From: Lingula anatina | Taxonomy: Eukaryota > Animalia > Brachiopoda | Length of the DNA: 64,000 bases | Direction: 5' to 3' | NCBI GenBank assembly: GCA_051362555.1 | Contig: CM120640.1 | Coordinates: forward strand, 31,825,967 to 31,889,966 | Part shown: one piece after another, positions 25,470 to 38,600 of the stretch | Layout of the letters: each line of letters opens with the position of its first letter | Position numbering within the stretch: position 1 is the stretch's first letter | Notes under the pieces: model-generated | Told to the model about the DNA's origin: nothing | The model's input: only the letters and a program-made list of their open reading frames with translations | Databases searched by the model: none | Program-made: the position numbers and the translations under genes

Positions 25470-28400
25470 ATGAGCGGTCTAACTATCAAGTATAAAGATT
25501 TAACCAGGGGAGGCCAGGCAAAGTCCCTGCGATTGTCTGATAGAGCTACGATCGGTCTGATCAAATGTCGAATCCAAACCCACACTGGCATTCCCCAAGA
25601 ACAACAGACTTTATTTCACGGACAAGAAGTAAATATGTTTGATATTAATACTTAAGAAGATATATGTATTATAATGTATATTAATAAAGAAATAGTCGAT
25701 ATAGAGCAGAAAGGGCGTCACGGTCGGGTAGTTGCCAACGTGGTTACTTTCCATCAATACATCACTCAGTTCCAGAATTCCAGAGTTCTATTTGTAGCCT
25801 TGTGGTAATACAATTGAAAAATTATTTATTCTTACATTCACAGTATACTCACAGTTTATTGAAAAGAGCAGATTACAGTACTCTGTATTAATTAATTTAT
25901 TTATTTATTTAAATAATATCACTGAAACACGCATTTTACAATCTAGGTTCTGAGAGACGAAGACACACTGTATGACTTGAGCATTCCAGACAATGCAACA
26001 TTAAAGTTGCTTCCGCATGAAGGTATCAAAGTCAACGTCCAATCCAAACAAGGAGGGGCTGTATCCTTTTGGGTGAGATTGTCTGACACTGTGTCTTCTG
26101 TGAAAATGAGAATACAGCAAGAAGCAAATATACTTCGCGGATACCAGCATCTCTGGCATGCAGGAAGGAAGATGGCTGATGATTTCGTCCTGTCTGCTTA
26201 TGGGCTCAAAAGCGGCTCAATCCTGACGTTTGATGATGAACAAACAGAGTGTTGTTCAGAATTTGGTATGGTTTTCGACTGCATGTATTAAGCAAAAATC
26301 TTTTTTCTCCAAGTTCATTCTATGATATCCATTAAAATGGTATTCGAGTAAGTGAATAATAAAAATAAAAAGTCTAAATAACATTATTTCAAATATACTG
26401 AACAAAAATATAAACGCACAAACTAAAATGGTCAGTTGAAATGGATAATCATGAAATATGCCCAGGTTGACGGTTTATTTGTGAACTGATGAATTTGTTT
26501 TGATCAATTATAGTGGTCTGGTTTCACTTGGCCACTCCACGTGAGTATACTCTAGGCAATAAAAGGACACACCAAAATGTGTATTTCTGCCACTTGTCAA
26601 CATGCCACAGATGCCTGGAACCATGAGGGAGCATGCCATCAGCATGCTCAATGCTGGCTTGTCAGTAACAGAAGTTGCAGCATGCCTGAATGTGCATCAT
26701 TCCACTGTCAGCCGTCTAGGAACACGCTTCAGAGACACTTGTAGCATTAGGAACCACCCTCATGCACCATGTTGCCCAACAAACACCTGTGGAATGTTCT
26801 GGATCAGAGTTTTCAGCCATCCATGTTCCAGCTCTCGAAAATGTTCGTCAACTGCAAGAAGCACTCCAGGAGGAATGGGATAATATCCCTTAGGCCTCTA
26901 TTGACAACTTAGTGATGTCCATGCGCCGCTGGTGTACTGCTTTGCACAAATTTAATGGTGTCTGTGAACTCAGGATGTTTACCCCCATGGTGTATTTGAT
27001 GCCCTAACTCTTGGACTATGCATTTAAACTTCCCCTAATGCTCTCAAAGTGATGTCTATTTGTCGAGAAAAACATGCTGTTATTTTTGGCTATATACTCT
27101 AGTTCCATATATGAAAATAAATATACATATTCTTTCGTGCGTTTATATTTTTGTTCAGTATATATAAATAGCTTCGTAAAGTTCGATTTTATTGGTCGTA
27201 TTAACATTTTTCTCATCATCAGCCGACGAACACCCAAGCGAAGATAGTGGCATTTTAGATCCACCCTCAGTGGAATCAGACAGACAATACAGCGAGACAG
27301 GTAACAAACGCTTCGCATCCACCAGTATTCTTCTTCGATAATAATTTTTTGTTTTAGAAATATATATGAATATTCCTGTCGTGATTTAAAAACCTTTTAA
27401 AATATGGATGTTCTTTACATGGACAGTTTTGAAGAAAATTTTCATTGTATGAAAAATTATTATCATTATTATTATTCTATCATATTCAATTTCTAGTGAC
27501 ACAGTTTCTTCAGTCAATGCAAAAGGAATTCCACAATTTTAAGTCATATGTTGACCCCCATGGTGTATTTGATGCCCTAACTCTTGGACTATGCATTTAA
27601 ACTTCCCCTAATGCTCTCAAAGTGATGTCTATTTGTCGAGAAAAACATGCAGTTATTTTTGGCTATATACTCTAGTTCCATATATGAAAATAAATATACA
27701 TATTCTTTCGTGCGTTTATATTTTTGTTCAGTATATATAAATAGCTTCGTACAGTTCGATTTTATTGGTCGTATTAACATTTTTCTCATCATCAGCCGAC
27801 GAACACCCAAGCGAAGATAGTGGCATTTTAGATCCACCCTCAGTGGAATCGGACAGACAATACAGCGAGACAGGTAACAAACGCTTCGCATCCACCTGTA
27901 TTCTTCTTCGATAATAAATTTTTGTTTTAGAAATATATATGAATATTCCTGTCGTGATTTAAAAACCTTTTAAAATATGGATGTTCTTTACATGGACAGT
28001 ATTGATGAAAATTTTCATTGTATGAAAAATTATTATCATTATTATTATTCTATCATATTCAATTTCTAGTGACACAGTTTCTTCAGTCAATGCAAAAGGA
28101 ATTCCACAATTTTAAGTCATATGTCGAAGGTGAACTGATAAAACTGCGACAAGACTTCACAAAGAAAACGTCCGAACTCTCCGATACTCTTCCGTTAATG
28201 CAAAAGGAACTCCATGCCCTGGACGTCGCAGTCGACAATCATAAGTCATATGTCGAAGGTGAACAGGAAAAACTGCGACAAGACTTCACAAAGAAAACGT
28301 CTGAACTCTCCGATACGCTTCTGTCAGTGCAAAAGGAACTCCATGCCCTGGACGTCAAAGTCGACAATCATAAGTCATATGTCGAAGGTGAACAGGAAAA

Positions 28401-29886
28401 ACTGCGACAAGATTTCACAAAGAAAACGTCCGATCTCTCCGATACGCTTCCGTCAATGCAAAAGGAACTCCATGCCCTGGACGACAAAGTCGACAATCAT
28501 AAGTCACATGTCGAAGGTGAACAGGCAAAACTGCGACAAGATTTCACAAAGAAAATGTCCGAACTCTCCGATACGCTTCCGTCAATGCAAAAGGAACTCC
28601 ATGCCCTGAACATCAAAGTCGACAATCATAAGTCATTTGTCGAAGGTGAACAGGCAAAACTGCGACAAGATTTCACAAAGAAAATGTCCGAACTCTCCGA
28701 TACGCTTCCGTCAATGCAAAAGGAACTCCATGCCTTGAACGTCAAAGTCGACAATCATAAGTCATTTGTCGAAGGTGAACAGGCAAAACTGCGACAAGAC
28801 TTCACAAAGAAAACGTCCGAACTCTCCGATACTGACAACTTCTTAGCGGAATCTGTGGTGAGACATAAACTGGAATCGCAACAAGGCGTTGACTTCTCAA
28901 ACTGCTTTCTTTTGAAAGACTACAAAAGTCTGGAAGTGCTGTTTTTCAGAATTTGGTATAAAGAAAGATATCCGTGTGTCACCGACAAAAGAAACAAGAA
29001 ATTTAAGTCCATGATTTGGGAGGAATATATCGATCCTATCTTCAAGGAATACGTGAGCCTTCTCAGGGAGTATACGCCACATGTTGTACAAAATACATTT
29101 GAAATGACAGTTGATCAGAAACAAGATAGTGTTAACTCTAAAGATTTGAAAGTACTGGTGACATCACTTCAAAACATCTCTGAAGGCAAATCCGTTGATT
29201 GTAAAGTCGATGCGCATCTTGCTGTATGTCGTCTGCGCAAGACATTAGGAAAAACATCAAAGCTTAATCCGAAAAATGGAAATGAGACCAAAACAATGGA
29301 AGATTTATGCAAACGTCTCGAAGCCATTTTGACGGACGTTTGTCCATTGGAAGAAGAAGAGTACAACCAATTTCATTATCAGAGAGGAACCAAACACGTC
29401 CGTCCATATCAAGAAATTCAACCTACCATGTCTTGCTATGTCCATGCCTTTCTACATAAAGTCCTCGCGCGGCCCAAAGCTCTACCTCTGGGCGTGAAAT
29501 CCCCTATGGAGCTGGAGTTTGACGTCGCAGGGAGAGTCCAGGAGGGGACAGGAAAACACGAGAGAATTTTCATTTGTGGGGAAGTCAAAACGAGGATGAA
29601 AGGAAATGGAGCCAAGGCAAAAGAACAGACAACAAACTATGTGAAGATCGTGGCTTTTATTTCCCATTGTCTGCAGCTTCTCTTGGTAAAAGCCAATTGT
29701 ATGTTATATTATTTGTTTGGGAAGGAGGAAAATTCTGAAGAACCCGATCTCCAACAATTATTTTATATCTTCTACCAGAAAAGTCGCAAAATCTGTTTTG
29801 TAGATAAGAGTGAGAACCATGAACGTGGGGATGCAGTTGAGAAGCACGATTTTGATGTGGTGTATGAAAAAGTGATGATGAAATAA
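25470..29886 (+). CDS. Di-ubiquitin-like + repeat coiled-coil + putative PD-(D/E)xK nuclease protein, copy 3 (~790 aa with one exon 3, 816 aa with both)
   Basis: Exons 25470-25628, 25947-26265, exon 3 duplicated (27223-27300 and 27796-27873), and 28070-29886. Motif ELEFD...GEVK...AKEQTTNY at 29509-29640. Confidence 0.78.
26396..27160 (+). mobile_element. Internally deleted Tc1 element in an intron of copy 3
   Basis: TIRs tactgaacaaaaatataaacgcac / gtgcgtttatatttttgttcagta in a TA context. HTH remnant REHAISMLNAGLSVTEVAACLNVHHSTVSRL and C-terminal LQEALQEEWDNIP. Confidence 0.85.
26981..28126 (+). repeat. 573-bp direct tandem duplication (Tc1 right end, exon 3, intron, start of exon 4)
   Basis: 26981-27553 is nearly identical to 27554-28126, with atgt(t/c) microhomology at the junction. 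Confidence 0.9.
28087..28833 (+). repeat. Coding tandem repeat of 129 bp (43 aa): 5 units plus one 108-bp first unit
   Basis: caaaaggaa at 28093, 28201, 28330, 28459, 28588 and 28717. Unit SMQKELHALDVKVDNHKSYVEGEQEKLRQDFTKKTSELSDTLP. Confidence 0.95.
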
Positions 29887-30627
29887 TAATTTGTTGACCA
29901 GTGGCCTGTTGATGGTTATGCGTTGTTTCCTAAATGTACCTGTAGGACATATTAGTAAACCGGTAACAACTGAAAAATGTTTGCAATGTGTATGTTCTTT
30001 AAAGATATTCAAAAGCTAGTTCTTGTTCACATCAAGCGCTTCTCGTTATGAACCGAAATGGATGTCTCTAATATGTTTTTGTCATTTTCATACATTTGAT
30101 ATCACTTTTGTAAAAGAACAATGTACAAATTATTCTGTAGAAAATATAAGCTGTTTTACAGTGTGGCACGCATTTATTTGCTGGGCGTAAAATTATAACG
30201 AAGACGTCCCTGATAGATCACCAAGGCCAGAAATGCGCAGCATTCACGCAATACGCGAGGGCGCTACAGTAGGGCTTCACGTGACTCAACTAGCCAATCA
30301 CAGCACAACAATGGCATCATGCACAGACACTGTGATAAGTGCTCGAGGAGCCAATATTGACTACCAAAAGCTGGCGAATCCTACCTATTAATACAGTGTT
30401 TTCCACGGTCACGTGACTTCCGCTAAATGCTCCGTGAGAACACGAGATTTTGCGGGATTTGAAGTTTCAAGGGGCAAGGGATTTGAAGTTTCAGGATGGA
30501 CGCCATATCGACGAGTGCTCGTTTCGATCTGATTTTTCAAGGATTTGTAACATGATAACACCTGGATTTTTTCGAAAACACATTCATGCGAGTACTTGGA
30601 ATAGAAATTTAACTACGTATGTTAAGA

Positions 30628-30876
30628 TACTTCATGGTATATTACCACTTCATAGGATAAGAATTACTACTTCATGATAGAAGGCGACTTCATTGGTTAA
30701 AAAATAAGGACCCTTAGGAGACTTCGTAGTATATTACCACTTCATGGTACATTGTTTCCAAACATGTTTCAGTTCTGGTTGGATGTGGAAATTAGGCGTA
30801 AAGGTCAATATGAAGTTTTATTCTAGACCATGATTTCCAGAGTGACGCGTGTATTTGAAACGGGGTGTGTGTGTGT

Positions 30877-30907
<31 letters not shown>

Positions 30908-33900
30908 GGGGAGGGGGGGGGGAAGGAGTAACATTACTCAAGATAGTGCGTATTTTATCTCGTTGGAGAAGCTGTTATTTTCAGATGTTCTCGTAGATAC
31001 CCGTGAGATTAACTTCTATAAATAATGTACTTAATTTCAAGAGCTCCGGTCCAGTGACGGAAAGCATAAAGCTAGTTTTTTGTTTTACCCATTTAGTTTT
31101 GAGATATTTCAGATTTCAGGACGAGTGAAAACTGACAATATTTGGACGTTGAATCATGGCAGGTCTAAGGCACTAGATGTATGAGACAAACGAAGTGTAT
31201 AAGTAAACACATTGCCTGCCTTTTAACTAGGGCATAAAACTGACCATGTGTGGTTTGATTGACGTACGGCGCAGGTTTATAGATATGGCTAGTACACAGC
31301 AGCAAGAATGTACGTCTTTCCACCGTAGGTAGAGAACTCTACTAGGCAGAGAGGTTTTAATTTTGCTCCACACTAGGTGTACATTAATATCTTTAACAAA
31401 CCGTCAATTCCATTATTCGTGTTATAGAAGTGTCTCTTTTGTAACTATGACATAAATGTACGCTTACATTGGTCAAGCTTTCCCTGTGTTGGACAATTCA
31501 TTATATACATACATAATCTATTTCACATTGTTACTTCCTAAACCATCATAGTTAGGAACTTGATACGTCGGGGATTAATAAACCTATCATTAAAGGAATT
31601 TGCAAAGGCTCTTCCGAATTCAATTGTGACTTGGGGTGTGGTCGACCCTGGGGGTGGTCTATTCTAATTTTTACATCGTATTTTATGCTAGGAACATGAA
31701 ACATGGCTACATACTATTTTGAATGTGGAATGTCACTTCGGATTTTTTTTTTTTTTTGGGGGGGGGGGGGGCTGGGGGCGGTTGAGTCTAATTGACATTG
31801 TTATTCCTGCTATATTTATCCTTAAGACCAATAAAGCTGGGAACGTAAGGCTATGGGGATTGAAAAATCTGCCTTAGGGGGTGTGTATGGGTCCCTCTGG
31901 GTTTTTGTGACATTGGGTGTGGCCGTCCCTGGGGAGGTTGATTTTAAATTTTACATCGTTATTCGTGCTTCTACCCTTACGCCATTACAGTTGGGAACAT
32001 GAAACCTTCCGGGCTGATAACCTTACCATTGAGGATATGCATATAGGTTTCCGGGAATGTTAGTATGATATTTCAGGTGTGGCTATCCCGGGGGGTGGTT
32101 GATTCTATTTTTCACAACTTTATTTCTGCCATCTATACCCTTAAATTTTAAGGAACATGAAACGGAGATTGATGAACCAGTCATTTTAATGAATGTGCAT
32201 GGGTCCTTGAGAAATGTAGAGAACAGCAGAAGCACATACAGAACTAAATGGACTTCCAGCCATATGCATTAATATAGGTCAGGGAATCCAATTAAAAACT
32301 AATTCAAGGCCCCACACACTCGATCAGGAATCCTAGCGTTTAACTGCTGTTGTGTCTTAACACAAAACAAAAATGTTTATTTCCCAAGAGCAGTAATTAA
32401 CATGTGTGTTTTATGTTAAAGAACAATGGGACTTGGACCCTACTAGGCTAGGATTCCTGAGAGTATGGGGTCTTGAATGGGTTTTAATTAACTTGACCTA
32501 TATTCAAGAATACGACTGAAGGTCTGTCATTTAGTACTGTCTGCTGCTTTCTCTACATTTCCCCTTCCTTCCTTACTCGAAGACCGCCATCAGATTCACA
32601 CATACGATGTAGTACTAGCTGGGTCGGTCCATCTCTGCAAGGAATCTTAAGTGCAATCTATGGAATCAGCTTCATTGCCTGACAAACCACTAATCACTCC
32701 ACACCCTAGGGACGGCCACACCCCAAGTCACACTAATGTAGCCCACCCATGCACCAAAGACTCATGTTCTTAATTCGAATGGTCTAGGGGGAGATGAAAT
32801 AAATTACGGTAATATATATGTGTACCATCCCCAGGGACAGCCACACCCCAGGTCACAAAAAAAAAAATAATAAAATAAAATAAAAAAAATAAAATAAAAA
32901 AATAAATAAATAAATAAACCTGCCTATGCACACCCCGACATTTTAGTTTCCTCAACCTAAAGACCTATGGGTATATAGCAGAAAATACAATTGAAAGATA
33001 ATAATCAACCACCCCTAGGTCACCAAAGTCACCAAAAATCCGAAGGACACGTGCACATCCCTAATGGCAAGTTTAAATATCCCCAACGTCTCATGTTCCT
33101 CACTTTAATGGATAGAGGATACCAGTAACAACGATATAAAAAATATATACCCCCCCCCCAAAGGACTGCAAAGTCCCCCTACTAAAGGTCTACGGGTAGG
33201 TAGAAGAAATTACGATGTAAAAATTACAATCAACCACAATAACAATTAACCACAATTCTGAATAAATATCAATCTACAAGCCTGTTGATCTCGCAGACCA
33301 ACTACGTTAGTTAGGCTGCTAAACAACGAGTAGACCTACCCCCCCCCCCCCCCCCTCCGAACGCCTTATTAACAGTTTCAAAATGCAGACTGTGTCGCAG
33401 ATAATACTTTCGGGTCAAATGAGAGCCAGCCAAGGGCACATTTCGGGGACACCATTGATCACATCATGATGGACATTCACAGGTGTAAGACCAGAACAGA
33501 GCATCTCGGAAACCAAGGGACAGACGTAAATCATTACACTTGCGCGTGTCTTTCCTCATGGAAAAATTGGTCTTATAATCCAGTAACCTACGCGTAAATT
33601 ATGTTTTCATAGCCTGGTTTACCTGATCTATTAGTTTTATGCATCAAGCGGATCTGGGAAGGGAGGGCCCAGGGGGTCTGGACCCCCTTTTCTTCAACGC
33701 TGACCATAATGTCCCATAATGTACTGATTTTTAGAAATACTGAATCCTCACCTACATACGCCTGTGTATTATAAAATTACTCAAAACATGCATTCAATAC
33801 CACTAAAGAAACCCTATTCAGTCATACAAGTGAATTAAAACGAACAGTTTACCTATTTTGGATAATATTTACAGTACAAAAACAATATATTTCAAAAACG

Positions 33901-34066
33901 TTCTCTCTCATAGCGTTGGGCCAACAACAGGTACTATTTCACCATTATCCCATGAAGTCGCAGGCAATATCTTATGTGGAGATGAAGTCGCAAAATATCC
34001 TATGAAGTCGATTTGACAGTAAAATCAGAGCATTTATCCTATGAAGGGGTAATATACCACGAAGTG
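30628..34066. mobile_element. TIR element with subterminal cttcat(a/g)g repeats and an internal foldback array
   Basis: acttcatggtatattaccacttcataggata versus tatcctatgaaggggtaatataccacgaagt. Internal inverted arms at 32211-32337 / 32447-32561, plus inverted gggtgtggc..ccc.gggg repeats at 31540-32170 / 32690-33240. Confidence 0.6.
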
Positions 34067-35283
34067 ACTTTTCCAAGAAAGAACTGAAAACGTATCTCAT
34101 AGACAGCAAGGATAGGACATACGATAAGAAATTTGTGCGGGCATTCAAAAGTCTGAAAGCTTATCGGTATTTTCAAGATGGCTATGTGCAGAAAATCTAC
34201 ACAACAGCTTTAGTGGACCACTCTGTGTCACCAGAAAACTGCCATGTTTAAAGCTAGACTACAACAATAGGCCATATTTTAATCAGAAACATAGCTACTT
34301 CACTCAAGTCCAGGGTCAAATGGCTGTGTACAACATTCATGAGTATGATTTTGTTTTGTGCACAGAGAAGGATCTCTTCATTGAATCTGTTCTGTTTGAT
34401 GCTGTTCATTGGGCATCTGTGGTTCCTTAACTGACCAGTTTTTACAAGACATTCATTTTGACAGAGTTGGTGTACGCTACTATTAAACATTTTTCTTTTT
34501 AATTTTTTTTTTTTTTCATTCAAAAATTCAAGCTTTATTCTATACATGCATTTAATACCAAACTGAGAATATGTGCAATATTATTCTGCATTGTGTTCTT
34601 GGGTTGTGAAAATCTTTAGTGTTTTATTTTCATGCTGTTATTATAATCCTTGCATGATAATAGTCCTTTTTTTTATTATTTTTTTTTTTTGAAACTATTT
34701 TTTCTTTTGTATATTTTACATGGATATAGATATTAAATAACACTGTGATAAAGTAAAGGTTTTAAAATATGGTTGTATCAGATGGTGCTATTATATAGGT
34801 TTTACCGGAAAACAGTAGAATGGAAATGGTTCTCAGGAGTGAACTTTCATCTTTTTAGACTAGATTTTTATTTTATTGATCAGTTGATGCAGGATTCAAG
34901 TGCAATTTGTATATATTTTATGTATTTAGCAGTGCAATGGATATTTAATTACATTGTGATATAGTAATGTTTTTAATTATAACTTGTCTCAGATGATGGT
35001 GCTTTAAATTAACATTTCCCATGTAGGTTGGTTTATTTTACTCAGGTGTTAATGTGCAGCTTTTTTAGATTAATTTTAATTGGAAGATGGCACGATGCTA
35101 GTGCATTTACAGGTAGTAGGGCAGTAATTTATTAGCAAACTTGGACATGCAACAGCTCAGCAGTGAACAAATCAAAAATTTCTTTGTGATTATATCTTTG
35201 CACACAGTTTTACTTTTCTAAATAAAACGATGACAGAAAGTAAATTTGCTGTGATTAGCTTCTTCAATATAATTTTTCTAGTT

Positions 35284-35606
35284 CTACTCTCCGCCGCTTC
35301 GACCCATGTCGCACTTGAAATACGGTTTAGCCGTTTGGCGTGACTTTGGTAAATCAGCTGATGGTACTGCATCAATAGACATACTCTCTTTCCTGTTTGG
35401 TTTCCCGGATTGGAAGTGACAGCCACAGACTTTGAAGTTGTCAGTTATATCTTTCAATGAAATGTTCGCACGACCAGCGGCACTAATCCATAGCAATTTC
35501 GAACGTCTGTCCTTTGGAAATACAAAAAAAAAATACTACAAACATTGTCTTTTCTACCTCTCCGGTGGCTGCAGTTATACACGCAGCAGTTGTCATGGCC
35601 ACCCAT
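35284..35606 (-). pseudogene. THAP zinc-finger remnant (transposase N-terminus)
   Basis: MGGHDNCCVYNCSHRR*..., then a frameshift in poly-T, then FPKD....LWISAAGR......FKVCGCHFQSGKP......DAVPS. This has the C2CH pattern and the AVP box. Confidence 0.8.
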
Positions 35607-38600
35607 TACTGATAAATGCAAAGGGCGGGAGATCTACTTTACATCGACACAGCTAGCGCTAGCCGTCCATGAAAGCCCCTTCACTCTTGGGAAGTCGTAT
35701 TCTAAGATGGGCTAGAGGATTTTGCCAATAGAGGGCTTCGTGTGAATACTAGTTATTTTACATACCACTTGGTGCGCTGTATTCACATTCACAAAATGAT
35801 GACGTAGACGTATGACCCTATTAAGCTCAAGTAAAAATATAAGAAGAAAATAGGGATAAGCGTACTTAACAGCAAGTCACAATTAAAATATATTATGTTA
35901 ACGTGTTTTCTTGTGTGTGTCGTTTTAAGGAATTGTACATGTAATGTGATAACAGAATAAGTCAAATGAGTTGAAACAGCGGTGGAAGGAACATATTTAT
36001 GCACTATGTAAATTAACGTCACTTTAATTATTATTTACAAGCATTTTCACGTGATTATTTTAAAATAAATGTTTAATACAGATAACATGTTTCAGGGTGT
36101 CGACTTTGGCAAATGAAGCAGGTGGCGGGGGGGGGGGGGAGACATCATTTTGAATAATATAAAACGTTTATTATATTATTTATAAATGGGTAAAACAATC
36201 CACATAATTATCAGGCCTACATACAGTGTATGTTATATTAACCGAGTATACTATATAAACTACCAATTGAGAATTGTTGAGGGTAATTAGTACCCCCCGC
36301 CCCCTTAAAGTTACTCTTTTGCAGCTGAAATTGTCAGTTACATCTAAGAGCATAGATAATCTAAGGATACTTGAAATTAAACAGATTAATTACACTGTAA
36401 AAAATCACACCAATGGTCACTGTTAAAAATTAGAATTTTGAATCATAGTTCTAAATTGTACCAAATGGGACTGTTCGGCCTATTGAGGGGGGACGTGGGT
36501 AAGCTTTCCATCTGTAGCCTGTCATGCCAAAAAAAGCCGGATCCCCCTTCAAATAATCCTGGATCCACCCCTGACATGCATGGATTATTTCTAATTAGTA
36601 GCATCAATCCTGTGTCGAGAAAAGTGGCAGCAGGGTGTGGCTTGATTTGTCCATAGAAGTAGATTTGTCCTATATAAAGTTTATAATGTTAACCTGTAAA
36701 TTGCTTCTTCCCCCCCCCCCCCCCCCCCCCCCCCCCGATTTGTGAATTTAATGCTAGCCCAGGAAGCATAAAAGCAAATGCTGTATATAAAGAAATAACT
36801 TATTCTTCCAATTTATTGCCACCAACAAAGTATAATTTAACATATTAATTGATCCATTCTTACCAAGACAAATGTTCAAAGAAAAAATAATTAAATTTAC
36901 AGTTTCGATATGAAAGACATTTGTGAATGGATTGTGGATATTTTTTGTTTAAAGACTCCTTCGTTCTTTAGTAAATTCAATTTTTTGTTTCTTTTTCCTG
37001 TTAGGAATCTTGTAACTGAGGTTGTAGAAGTGAATATTTTATTAATTGTGTATTTATTTACTGAGCTGCGCATGATATATAATCCAACGAGCTTAAACCT
37101 GTGAAACATATTGGGTCGAGAATTTTGCACATAAATGCCCACTTTTAAGCAATGCCGTTGGTTATTAAAAAATGGCAAAAACTAAAAAAGTGTAATACCA
37201 AAAGCATCAAAAATATATTTATTCTCATAAAACTTATAGTACTTTTAGCATTACCATGTCACCCACAGAAAAAAAGTGGTTTGAAAAAAAAAGAAATAAA
37301 GAAAAAGATGCAGTTGATAAAAGGGAGTTTAAATAAATCTCAATTATGGAATATATTACATACATACATACTTATTTACACACACACACATTTATATAGG
37401 AGATTCATATTTCACATTGAATACATTGTAAACAACTCAGAGAAATATAAATTCTATTTTACCACTAAAATGATGGTTATTACAATTATTCTGGAATCTG
37501 TGCTTGCCACTTAACCATGTGACCTTCACAGATGACTAACCTCTGACAATCTCTTAAGAGTTGAGGGAAATCCGAACTTATTTGTTCTCTTGGGTAGAGT
37601 ACTTTTTCGTGTAAATAAACAAAATCAATAAATATTTGGTCAACATTTTATCATCTAATGTGATCTTTTCTTAAAATAAAATTAATTCACACTTGTCTTT
37701 AATAATACACAGTACATCATTTAAAATAAGATAAGAGGAGAGCCTCATCTTTTAATTAATATTTTACAACAATCAGTAGGTTAATCATTTTAAGTTACTG
37801 TTGCACATATATTGATTTCTCTTAGATAAACTGCATAAGGTGTGTTTACTGCAGGTAATAGAGACCTTGGGTTTGGAAGTGGAAAAAATGTTGTGAACCA
37901 TCCAAATTTAATTTTATTTTAAATAACTGTATTCCAGTATATCAATTTTTTTCATAAAATTAACTTAGAGGGCTCTGGCATAACTTAAGATTGACTGGCC
38001 CTTTTACTTCACTTGCAGTGTTTCATTCAGATATATATATAAAAAGAAGGACATAAATACAGTACAGTATTATACCCTTAATTCAGATGCCAGTGCACAT
38101 GACTCTTTAACAAGTCCATCACCCAGACACCATTTTCAAAGAAATACCAACAGCATCCCATCTGCACCTTATAGAAATAGTAATAGTAATAAAAAATTTA
38201 AAAAATAATATATTAATGTAATGGAACCCCCACAGTTAAAGCAAAAGTTTGATCCAATATTCTTTATATATAATATTTGATGTGAGTATTTGGCAGTATA
38301 TAATAGTAACATTATTTCCAGGATTTGGTAGTAGTGGCCCATTCCAGAATTGTACTGGATCCATTATTGTTTGTTTTAAATAGAGACATGTCACAGTTAT
38401 AATCACTGGGCCACATAAGATTCCCCTTTGCACTTGTATAATTAAAAAAAAACTGTCACAAGTGTTGCATTATGACAAAATTAACCTGCTCTTATGCCAA
38501 AATGGTATTATTTTGAAGTGCGTTTTATCTGCAGCATCTGAAAATCAAGAAAAAGATACTATTAGTTATTAGCATTAAACATCAAACCAAAGGGACAACA

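Noticed and set aside
27016-27891. Twin 100-aa minus-strand ORFs
   Set aside because: By-product of the 573-bp duplication, antisense to exon 3 and the Tc1 TIR.
28087-28833. CRISPR-like or non-coding repeat array
   Set aside because: Contiguous in-frame coding repeats without unique spacers, in a eukaryotic context.
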